IMG/VR virus record: IMGVR_UViG_3300012982_000015
Location: 1-41,001 of that record
DNA length: 41,001 bases
Direction: 5' to 3' (one strand)
Source of the DNA: a virus
Lineage: Duplodnaviria; Caudoviricetes
The translations under genes and the position numbers were made by a program. The notes below the pieces were generated by a model, which was not told the origin of the DNA, did not search any database, and saw only the letters and a list, made by a program, of their open reading frames with translations. Of this stretch, positions 33,911-41,001 are shown in pieces; position 1 is the stretch's first letter; every line of letters starts with the position of its first letter.

Positions 33911-34430
33911 GAAGAAGCCTGCCATCAACAACCTGGCCGAGGCCAACGAGGCGCTCTACCTGCTCGGGTACCACCGGCGCAGGGTCGAGGTCGCGGCCAT
34001 TGCGGCGCGCAACGAGATTGCCAAGATCAAGCAGGACGTCGACTCCGCCATGCGGGAGGACCGGAAGTTGGCCGGCGCGATCTTCCGCGACCTCGATAAG
34101 TTCCTGCGCACGCACCGCGACGAGATCGTCGCAGGGGGACGCAAGACCGTAGCCCTGACGCATGGCGTGCTCGGCTTCCGGTTGCCGCCGGAGTCGCTCG
34201 TGCTATCGCCCGGCTTCACCGAGGCGGACGCGATCGCGGCGCTGCGCAAACGGCACGCCGCCGAAGCGGCGCTCTACATCCAGGTCACCGAGTCGCTGCG
34301 CAAGGACGACCTCAAGGCCATGTTCGACGACGAGGAGCTGGCGCAACTCGGTCTCGAGCTCGACCAGGAGGAGCTGCTGGTGATCGAGCCCGCGCAGGAG
34401 ACGCTCGCGAACGGCCAGGAGGTGGCGTGA
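33879..34430 (+). CDS. gam: Host-nuclease inhibitor Gam-like protein, 183 aa
   Basis: KTVALTHGVLGFRLPP...YIQVTESLRKDDLK; follows MuB; GTG start at 33879. Confidence 0.85.
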   Translation: MPKKTESPKPKKKPAINNLAEANEALYLLGYHRRRVEVAAIAARNEIAKIKQDVDSAMREDRKLAGAIFRDLDKFLRTHRDEIVAGGRKTVALTHGVLGFRLPPESLVLSPGFTEADAIAALRKRHAAEAALYIQVTESLRKDDLKAMFDDEELAQLGLELDQEELLVIEPAQETLANGQEVA

Positions 34431-34696
34431 GCCTGACCCGCATACGCACCGCTGCCTGGACGGAGCGGCCCACGGCCGGCTTGGGCCGGATCTGCCGCGA
34501 CTGCATCCACCAGCGTCCCGACGCCGCGGACGTGAAGTTTCGCTGCGCCCGCAACATCAACAACGCCGGCCTGCACATCGAGGCCAACCTGCACTACGTC
34601 GGCGATGGATTCGACGAGGTGTGTGGCTACCACCAGCGGGAGGGCGCGCTGTTCGCGCCTCCCGAACCTTACGGAAGCGAGGCGACCGGTGCCTGA
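34427..34696 (+). CDS. Cys-rich hypothetical protein
   Basis: CRDCIH...C...CGYH; RBS GGAGG. Confidence 0.6.
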   Translation: MSLTRIRTAAWTERPTAGLGRICRDCIHQRPDAADVKFRCARNINNAGLHIEANLHYVGDGFDEVCGYHQREGALFAPPEPYGSEATGA

Positions 34697-34919
34697 CTTG
34701 GCTTGCTGCGAAGTCGTCGAAGGGTCCACGCGCTGCGGTCGACCGGCCTACGCCTGGATGCTCGAGCAGGGCGTGCGTGTCCCGCGTCAGCGCGCCGTCT
34801 GCGAGATGCACTGGCACCGCGGCTACCAGCGCGGCGAGGTGTACAACTTCGCGCTGCCGGCCGCCTGGACGCGGCGCTCGGCGTCGCACTACAGGTGCGA
34901 CGGGAAGGCGGTCTGCTGA
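34689..34919 (+). CDS. Cys-rich hypothetical protein
   Basis: CCE...CGRP...VCEMH; coupled ORF. Confidence 0.5.
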   Translation: MPDLACCEVVEGSTRCGRPAYAWMLEQGVRVPRQRAVCEMHWHRGYQRGEVYNFALPAAWTRRSASHYRCDGKAVC

Positions 34920-35557
34920 TGGTCTTCGCGTCCATGTCGGCACTGCCGCAAACGTGGCGCTGCAACGGCTGCGGCCGGGAACTGCCGGTGGCTTTGATGC
35001 AGGTCTATTTCTGCCGCCGGCGACGCGCCGTCATGCTCACCCGACGCTGCAAGCCCTGCGGCTACAAAGCGGCGAAGCTGCAGCGGACCTGGAGCCGGGC
35101 CTATCTCCGCGAGTGGCGGCGGCGCAACCGCGCGCTCACCGCCGATTATGCGCGCCAGCGCTATCGCCGCCTCGCGCCGCGGTTGGTCGCCCTGGCGCGC
35201 GTGCGATACCGGCGGGATCGTCCGGCGCGGCTGATCCAGGGGCGGCTGCTGCGCCGCTTCGGCGAGCACCGCACGCTCGCCGAGTGCCGCGCGCTGCTGC
35301 GCCGCTTCGGCCCGGCGTATCCGATGCCGGCCGGGCTTACGGCGGAAGGCCGCCGCGCCGCGCGACGCATCGTCGATCGCACCAAAAAGGCCGGCTGTCC
35401 GGTGCCGATGAAAGACGCCCTGCGGATGATTTGGGACGACCGCACGCGAGGTCACATCGTGCCGAAACACCTGCAGCCCAAGACCGTCGCGCCGGGCCGC
35501 GCACGCGCCCAGCGCGCCCGGTGGGCAAGGTTCCGCGAGGAGCAGATGGCATGCTGA
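34919..35557 (+). CDS. Zinc-finger, extremely Arg-rich protein
   Basis: CNGC...CKPC followed by basic helix resembling HNH-associated N-terminal regions; no HNH core seen. Confidence 0.6.
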   Translation: MVFASMSALPQTWRCNGCGRELPVALMQVYFCRRRRAVMLTRRCKPCGYKAAKLQRTWSRAYLREWRRRNRALTADYARQRYRRLAPRLVALARVRYRRDRPARLIQGRLLRRFGEHRTLAECRALLRRFGPAYPMPAGLTAEGRRAARRIVDRTKKAGCPVPMKDALRMIWDDRTRGHIVPKHLQPKTVAPGRARAQRARWARFREEQMAC

Positions 35558-35775
35558 ACCGCTCCACCGACCGCGCCGCCTGGACGCCGCCGCCGCCGTT
35601 TGTCGCGTCCTGTAGCGTCTGCCACGGAGCACAGCCGGCCAAGACGCTGATTCGCTTCCTGGTCAGGATCTCGAGCATTGAGGACTTCGCCCAGGCGATG
35701 CGCACCCTGTGCCCGCACCACCTTGACCAGCTCGGCGACGAGCTCGGCGTACCGGAGTTTGGGGTGAAGAGATGA
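35551..35775 (+). CDS. Zinc-binding hypothetical protein
   Basis: CSVC...LCPHH; RBS GAGGAG. Confidence 0.55.
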   Translation: MLNRSTDRAAWTPPPPFVASCSVCHGAQPAKTLIRFLVRISSIEDFAQAMRTLCPHHLDQLGDELGVPEFGVKR

Positions 35776-35954
35776 ACCAAGTGCTGTGCGGCATGGCAAC
35801 CGATGAATACGGGAATTATTGCGCGGTGATGGCGCCCACTCCGGTCGCTTGCAAGTGCGGCCGCACGACCGCGTTCCTCGTCAACCGCGGCGGCAAGACG
35901 CGCTGCACCGAGTGCGATCGCTCCCTCTGCGAGGAGGGAAAAGGGGGCGTATGA
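35772..35954 (+). CDS. Zinc-binding mini-protein
   Basis: CKCG...CTEC; ATGA coupling on both sides. Confidence 0.6.
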   Translation: MNQVLCGMATDEYGNYCAVMAPTPVACKCGRTTAFLVNRGGKTRCTECDRSLCEEGKGGV

Positions 35955-36478
35955 AGCAGATGAGTTTGTTGGACCGAAGAGACGGCCCGCTGCGCACGGT
36001 CGCCTCGGGCACCATCGATCCGGGCGGCGAACTGCGGATGCGCCTGGCGTGCGGCCACTGCGTGTGTCGCTCCGGGAGATACGTCGTCCCGAGGCGTACG
36101 CGATGCCGCGATTGCCGTGACGCTGCGCTCGGCCGCCCGTCGCCTCAAATGACGCTACAGACCCCCAGACTCCGAGACGCCGTGATTGCGTGGAGCCGCG
36201 CAACCTTTCCGCGCTCCTCGGTTGCGTCCGTTGCTACTCATCTGGAGCGGGAGGCTGGCGAGCTGCGGGCGGCGGCGCGAATCGGCGGGGCACCGACGGC
36301 GGAGGCGGAGGAGGAGATAGCCGACGTGCAAATGCTCCTGTGGGTCTTGGCTGACAAGTTGGGAGGCTCAATTGATCTCGCCGTGCGCCGGAAGTTGGAA
36401 GTTTGCAAGAGCCGCGAGTGGGGGCAACCTGATCGTGAGGGGGTTGTCGAGCACATCCGCCAAGGAGACGGAAAGTGA
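35951..36478 (+). CDS. MazG-like (DUF550-type) dNTP pyrophosphohydrolase with N-terminal zinc-finger
   Basis: HLEREAGEL...EEEIADV...KLEVCKSREW...GVVEHI; N-terminal LACGH...CRDC. Confidence 0.8.
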   Translation: MKQMSLLDRRDGPLRTVASGTIDPGGELRMRLACGHCVCRSGRYVVPRRTRCRDCRDAALGRPSPQMTLQTPRLRDAVIAWSRATFPRSSVASVATHLEREAGELRAAARIGGAPTAEAEEEIADVQMLLWVLADKLGGSIDLAVRRKLEVCKSREWGQPDREGVVEHIRQGDGK

Positions 36479-36912
36479 CTCCAGAGATCCGCGACCTGAT
36501 GTCGTCGAAATGCCCGGCCTGCGGCGGCTGCAAGCGGCCGCGGCATTCGTTTTGCCGGGATTGCTACTCCAGCCTGCCGTCCGTACTGCGGGCGGCGCTC
36601 TACCGGCGCGTCGGCGAAGGCTACGAGCAGGCGTATCTGGAGGCAAAGCGTGCGCTTGCACTAATAGGCAAGCTACTCAGCTGCCCGATGTGCGGCGCAG
36701 GCAAGCCACCAGATCTCCAGATTTGCGTGGAATGCGACACTGACAACCTGCCGGAAGGCCCTAACTACGAGGCTATCGTCCAAGCTGAGGCCGAGCTCCT
36801 GGAAAGCGTACGAGCCGGTCGGATTGATCCGAAAGTAGCCAAGGGTGCCTGGCGTGCGTTTGCGGCCGCCTTCCGGCGCGTGAGCCCGCGGGAAGGGAGG
36901 CGGCGCCGGTGA
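36475..36912 (+). CDS. Double zinc-ribbon protein
   Basis: CPAC..FCRDC and CPMC..ICVEC. Confidence 0.65.
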   Translation: MTPEIRDLMSSKCPACGGCKRPRHSFCRDCYSSLPSVLRAALYRRVGEGYEQAYLEAKRALALIGKLLSCPMCGAGKPPDLQICVECDTDNLPEGPNYEAIVQAEAELLESVRAGRIDPKVAKGAWRAFAAAFRRVSPREGRRRR

Positions 36913-37337
36913 CGACGCTGTTCCGCGATCGCTGCCCCTGCGGCAACTCTGGCACTCGGCCAGGCGGCGATCCCTGCCCGGACTATCCACGCTGTCATGT
37001 CGAGGACGTCGTCGCCCGCCACGTCGGCCGCGGCCAGGCGATTGCGCTGGCGCAGATCTGCGCCGTGACGCGCCTCGGCGAACGCGAGATCAAGCAGGCA
37101 GTGCATGACCTGCGAATGGATGGCGTCCACATCGGCTCCAGCCGCGGCGCCGAAGGAACGGCCGGCTACTACATGATCGAGAGCGCCGACGAGCTGCGCG
37201 CGTTCCTGCGCGCCTACGGCCGCCAGGCTATAAGCGAGCTGCGGCTGATCCAGCGGATGTTGGGGAAGGACGAGAAGTGGCTGCGCGAACTCGAAGGCCA
37301 GCTCGCGCTCGACCTGGGCGAAGACTCTGCAGCGTAA
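36909..37337 (+). CDS. Winged-helix DNA-binding protein
   Basis: LAQICAVTRLGEREIKQAVHDLRMDGVHIGSS...GYY. Confidence 0.75.
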   Translation: MTTLFRDRCPCGNSGTRPGGDPCPDYPRCHVEDVVARHVGRGQAIALAQICAVTRLGEREIKQAVHDLRMDGVHIGSSRGAEGTAGYYMIESADELRAFLRAYGRQAISELRLIQRMLGKDEKWLRELEGQLALDLGEDSAA

Positions 37338-37343
37338 ATATCT

Positions 37344-37856
37344 ATGGCAAATAAATGGCGCGATCTATACAAAACAATTCCCGCCGAGCGGCGTACGCGC
37401 ATCGAGGCTGAGGTGGCGCGCGATAAGGAGCTTCTCGTCCGCCAAAAGCACAAGTACGGGTGCACCGTTGCCGCCATTGCGATGGTGACTGGATTGTCCT
37501 ACGAAGAAATTGCCGCTCATTCGACGCGGGATTTCTCCGCACATAGCATGTGCCTCGAGGATTGGCTTGAGTTCCTTAACGGTAGAGGGTTTGCTTTCTG
37601 TGTCAAATACCGGGTCACGCACCTGAGAGCACCTAACACCCGTCGTTCCACTTGGCCGCTTCCCCCGTTTGCTCCCATCCATTTGATCAACGTGCAGATT
37701 CCAGGAATTGGCGGGCACGCCGTGGTGATGCTCGACAATGGAGGGGTTCTGGATCCCAATCGGGATGGGCTGCATACGCTGGGCGACTATCCTGACGTGC
37801 TCTCGATGATTGGGGTCTGGAAGATCTCCGCGCCTTCCAATGGAGGCGCCGCCTGA
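37344..37856 (+). CDS. Papain-like (C39-like) Cys-His-Asp protein
   Basis: QKHKYGCTVAAIAMV...HAVVM...VLDP; AT-richer than neighbours. Confidence 0.65.
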   Translation: MANKWRDLYKTIPAERRTRIEAEVARDKELLVRQKHKYGCTVAAIAMVTGLSYEEIAAHSTRDFSAHSMCLEDWLEFLNGRGFAFCVKYRVTHLRAPNTRRSTWPLPPFAPIHLINVQIPGIGGHAVVMLDNGGVLDPNRDGLHTLGDYPDVLSMIGVWKISAPSNGGAA

Positions 37857-38362
37857 TGCCCTCCTCGATCACGGCCGGACAGCTCGTCTGCCTCCAGACT
37901 CTCTGGTCGCGTCGCATGCGCGCGGCCGGCGTGGCCGACCAGGCGGAGGCGCGGCAACTCCGCCACGCGTTCATCCGGGAGCTGACCGCCGGCCGCGCGG
38001 CCGAGACCAAAGAGCTCACGCTCGCCGACGCGCGCCGCGTCATCGAGGTGCTCAAGGGCGGCGCCCGAATCCCGGATGGCGACACCGCCCACGCCGCCGG
38101 CACGCACGGCCGCCGCGGCCGCCAGGCGCCCGGCGCTGAGGTCATGGTGGGAGCACAGCAGATCGAGCTGCTGCAGGGCTACGCCGGCCTTCTAGGCTGG
38201 TCGAGGGAGCGTCTGGACGGCTTCATCTCACGCCAGCTCCGCGGCCGGCAACTTCGCACAATGGCTGATGCCAACCGCGTGCTGTGGGGGTTAAAGAGGA
38301 TGGTCCGCCAGCCGCCGTTTGTAAGGCGAAACAAAAGCGAAAATTCGGGCTATGATCTTTGA
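37856..38362 (+). CDS. gemA: GemA/Mu gp16 (DUF1018)-like protein
   Basis: KELTLADARRVIEVLK...QQIELL...WSRERLDGFISRQ...ANRVLWGLKRM. Confidence 0.8.
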   Translation: MPSSITAGQLVCLQTLWSRRMRAAGVADQAEARQLRHAFIRELTAGRAAETKELTLADARRVIEVLKGGARIPDGDTAHAAGTHGRRGRQAPGAEVMVGAQQIELLQGYAGLLGWSRERLDGFISRQLRGRQLRTMADANRVLWGLKRMVRQPPFVRRNKSENSGYDL

Positions 38363-38364
38363 TC

Positions 38365-39508
38365 ATGGCCGACACGAAGCCCGTACTTGAGCATGACGGA
38401 TCGAGGATTTACCGCGCGAGTACTTTAGCGCTGCCGCTGCCTGACGCGTCTGTCCATGCGGTCGTGACCTCGCCGCCATACTGGGGCCTCCGCAACTACC
38501 AAGGCGAACAGCGGGTAGATTGGGCGAGCGGCGAACCGGTCCCGTTCGGACAAGAGACCACACACGATTGCACCGGCCGCCACTGCGGCGATTGCTACGT
38601 CTGCCATTCGATCGAGATCCTGCGCGAGCTGCGCCGTGTGCTTCGCCCGGATGGGGTTTTATTCTGGAATCTGGGCGACACCTACTGGCACAGCGGCTTG
38701 CTCCGCGAAGGGCGTTCGCCGGACGACCTAAAAGAGAAGGACCTGTGCCTGATGCCGTTCCGCGTCGCCCTGGCTGCGCAGGCTGACGGCTGGTGGGTGC
38801 GTTCGGTGATTACTTGGAGGAAGACAAACCCTGTCCCGCGTGCGGTGGTCGGCCGGCCGAAAGACGTTCACGACCACATCATCGTGCTGACGCCGTCCAG
38901 ATCCAGCTATTGGGATGAGGAGGGCTTCCGCTTCGGCCGCGATCGGAATCGGGAGCCGGTCATTGAGACCGTTTGGTCGTTCGCGACGCAGCGCTACAAG
39001 GGCGCACACTTCGCCACGTTCGCCGAGGAGCTGCCCCGCCGCTGTATCCCTGGCGGCCACCAGCGACCATGGCTGCTGCCGGCAGTGTGGCGCTCAGTGG
39101 CGGCGGATTCTGGACATCTCCTATAAGCCGATCGCAGGGAAGTCCAGGGGCGGCGCGAAGCAGGTTGAGGCCAGGGGCCAGCGGCAGGTTTTCGCCGGCC
39201 TTGAAGTGCGCAAGCATCGCGCGGTTGAGACCGTAGGATGGAAGCCAGGCTGCGACTGCCGCGGTGGCGTGCCGCTGCCCTCGGTGGTACTCGACCCCTT
39301 CGCCGGCAGCGGCACCACGGCGCTGGCCGCCCTGGCTCTGGGGCGTCGGTTCGTCTTGGTCGACGTGGCCTACCAGGACCAACAGCTCGAACGGATCAGG
39401 CCCCGGCTAGCTGGCCAACTTGGTGACACGCCGACCGATGCTTCCGCGAGTACTAAAAAGGGCCACAGAACAGCCTCCGGCTGCGCTGTCAGCAAGATGG
39501 CGGTTTAG
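38365..39508 (+). pseudogene. Beta-class amino-DNA methyltransferase (SPPY, probably N4-C) split by a single-base frameshift
   Basis: VVTSPPYW and HFATF in one frame; VLDPFAGSGTT in the +1 frame; removing one C at 39048-39050 restores RRCILAATS. Confidence 0.85.
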
Positions 39509-39693
39509 ATTCAACAGATTAGGCCGCCGCGGAACGAGTGTCATCAAGTGCGTCACCAAGTGCAGCGGCCGCCCAACAGAATCAATGGTTTGGTCGCCCG
39601 GTGCACCCTGACTTGCTGACACTCCTCACCTTTAGCGTGGGACACGTCCAAGCCGGATGAATGCCAGCCAAACTCCCACGCCTCAACGACTTA
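39509..39693 (+). promoter_or_regulatory. IHF-like sites in the right end
   Basis: AATCAATGGTTTG (39580-39592) is a perfect WATCAANNNNTTR match; weaker copies at 39509-39521 and 39681-39693. Confidence 0.55.
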
Positions 39694-39755
39694 CCCGTCG
39701 AATTCCGCCCGGCTCCCGCGGATTCCCGCACTACCCTTTATCGTGGTCTCTAATA
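39625..39755 (-). repeat. Right terminus with putative transposase-binding sites (39731-39747 and 39625-39641)
   Basis: Reverse complements ACCACGATAAAGGGTAG and CCCACGCTAAAGGTGAG match the left-end sites. Confidence 0.85.
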
Positions 39756-39760
39756 AAGCG
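39756..39760. repeat. Target-site duplication, right copy (AAGCG)
   Basis: Identical to 51-55. Confidence 0.88.
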
Positions 39761-39850
39761 ATGAGCGATGAGCGATGAGGGTAGACCTGCTGCCGCACTG
39801 AATCGTTACATCAAATGGCGCCGCGCGCGCGTTCGCTCATTGCTCATCGC
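39758..39850. repeat. Host heptamer-repeat inverted element: (GCGATGA)x3 pairing with TCGCTCATTGCTCATCGC
   Basis: 39758-39775 is complementary to 39833-39850 at 17/18. Confidence 0.7.
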
Positions 39851-40958
39851 CCAGCGCTTGCTTGCTGACCCTCCCACAGGCGCGCACCAGGTTCCGCCAC
39901 GGCGGCGCTTCCTCAGGGCTCCAAAACAAGATTTCTCCTGCCCGGCGGGCACGGCGATGCCAGCGGGCGAGGAGCGCGAGGTGTTCGCCCCGCCGGCGGC
40001 GCGAGAGCCGTCGCTGGCTTGCGGGAAAGGCCGTCTCCCACTGGCGGCACAGCTCCACTTCCAGCGGCTTGTGCTCGATCGCCGCCACCGGCGGGGCGAG
40101 CGAGAGCCGAAGAGGACCATGCAGCCCTCCTTCGCGCAGTGCATAGAACGCCGCCTCGGCGCTGCCGAAGCCGGGCAGGACGACCGCGCCGTTCCATTCC
40201 CGGCTGGCGCGGGCAATTCCGGGCAGGTGTTTGAGAACCGATGCGAGCCTGTCCATCTTCTCGTGTGCGGCTGCGGCGGCCTCAAAGGCGAGCTCGTTGC
40301 TGGCGCGATCGCGCTCCCCGATCAGCTCCCTGCGACTGGCTTCGCCGCGCGTGGCGAGAAAGTTTTGCACGCGCTCCACCTCCTCCACGTAGCGGGCGTC
40401 ACTGCAGCCCTGGAAGCAGGGCGCCAGGCACATCTTCATCTCGGAGTACATGCAGCCGGGAAACTTCGGATCCGGGTGCAGATCGTCACTGCAGCGGCGC
40501 AGCAGGAACAGGTCGAGCGCCCGCGTGGCCCAACGTTCCGCGGCCGCTCGAGAAGAGAACGGACCAAAACTCAGCCCGGGAGGCGGCGCGATGCCGCGCG
40601 TGGGAAAGAGTCGCGGATAGGCATTGCCCAGATGCAGCTTGAGCATGACCGGGGGACGCAGATGCAGCCGCGCGCGGTAATCGTCAGGGAAATAAACGCG
40701 GGCAAACTCGAGCAGTTGCAGGTCCGCTTCCAGATCCGAACTGACCGGCATGTAGCGGACCCGACCGATGACCGCCCCCAGATGCAACGCTTTGCCGGCC
40801 GCGGCCTCGGGGCACAGGAGACGGCGCAGGCGTGTCCGCAGGTGCGCGGAGCGCGACAGGTAGGGCTCGCCCGCTTCGCGCGGAAGCAGCGCGAAGACGG
40901 CGCGCGTGTCCGGTAGCGCATCAAGCGAAGCGGGATCCGCCACGCTCAAGTGGGGCAT
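39837..40958 (-). CDS. Host UvrC-like protein (degenerate GIY-YIG N-terminus, Cys cluster, UVR domain)
   Basis: PYLSRSAHLRTRLRRL, FGPFSSR, CMYSEMKMCLAPC, ELAFEAAA. Confidence 0.8.
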   Translation of the reverse strand: MPHLSVADPASLDALPDTRAVFALLPREAGEPYLSRSAHLRTRLRRLLCPEAAAGKALHLGAVIGRVRYMPVSSDLEADLQLLEFARVYFPDDYRARLHLRPPVMLKLHLGNAYPRLFPTRGIAPPPGLSFGPFSSRAAAERWATRALDLFLLRRCSDDLHPDPKFPGCMYSEMKMCLAPCFQGCSDARYVEEVERVQNFLATRGEASRRELIGERDRASNELAFEAAAAAHEKMDRLASVLKHLPGIARASREWNGAVVLPGFGSAEAAFYALREGGLHGPLRLSLAPPVAAIEHKPLEVELCRQWETAFPASQRRLSRRRRGEHLALLARWHRRARRAGEILFWSPEEAPPWRNLVRACGRVSKQALGDEQ

Positions 40959-40965
40959 GAAAGCT

Positions 40966-40971
40966 AGTGTA
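40966..40971 (-). promoter_or_regulatory. Host -10 box TACACT of leaderless promoter
   Basis: 7 nt upstream of ATG at 40958, no Shine-Dalgarno. Confidence 0.55.
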
Positions 40972-41001
40972 CGTCGGGGCAGACAGGGAAAACGGGAGGG
41001 G

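Larger units (their letters stand above)
56..39755. mobile_element. Complete Mu-like transposable prophage, 39,700 bp, B3/BcepMu-type divergent layout, siphovirus-type tail
   Basis: MuA DDE transposase, MuB ATPase, Gam, GemA, gp26/gp27/gp28/gp29/MuF/Mu-type protease; terminal inverted repeats and 5-bp TSD; host genes on both sides. Confidence 0.95.

Noticed and set aside
34919-35557. HNH homing endonuclease
   Set aside because: Has the zinc finger and basic helix, but no HNH catalytic motif is visible.
39758-39778. GCGATGA tandem repeat as a CRISPR or phage end repeat
   Set aside because: Only three 7-bp units with no spacers; it is one arm of a host hairpin element.
32-39784. GGGTAG at 32-37 and 39779-39784 as a B3-like 6-bp TSD
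   Set aside because: Not in register with the terminal inverted repeats; both copies fall in host DNA once the AAGCG junctions are used.
38-39810. Canonical-looking termini TGTAACG (38-44) ... CGTTACA (39804-39810)
   Set aside because: Flanks GGTAG and TCAAA are not duplicated; the left TGT is part of a host TACACT -10 box, and 39810 lies between the arms of a host inverted repeat. The 56/39755 ends have an exact TSD and a longer inverted repeat.

Overview
Almost the whole window (56-39755, 39,700 bp) is one apparently complete Mu-like transposable prophage. Its layout is B3/BcepMu-like and divergent. A late operon on the - strand carries lysis, gp25/26/27-like, terminase, portal-MuF fusion, protease/scaffold, capsid, neck, non-contractile tail, tape measure, tail tip and beta-helix spike genes. 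An early operon on the + strand carries a J-domain protein, MuA, MuB, Gam, GemA, many Cys-rich mini-proteins, a dNTP pyrophosphohydrolase and a frameshifted DNA methyltransferase. The two operons are separated by a switch made of two divergent ribbon-helix-helix proteins. The ends are marked by a 23/30 terminal inverted repeat and an exact 5-bp target duplication (AAGCG), but they read TATT...AATA instead of the canonical TG...CA. The phage sits in a host heptamer-repeat element between a uvrC-like gene and a zinc-ribbon gene; an Acidobacteria-like host is an inference only. The most striking unexplained feature is a two-gene module present twice, once on each side of the tape measure gene. 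Each copy pairs a 3-TM membrane protein on the late strand with a convergent, tail-overlapping, proline-rich ~50-aa peptide (MSDEKP...RVxLSDxAP) that has its own conserved leaderless sigma70-type antisense promoter. Three genes in the virion modules also carry Sec-type signal peptides. All family assignments come from motif recognition and synteny, not from database searches.
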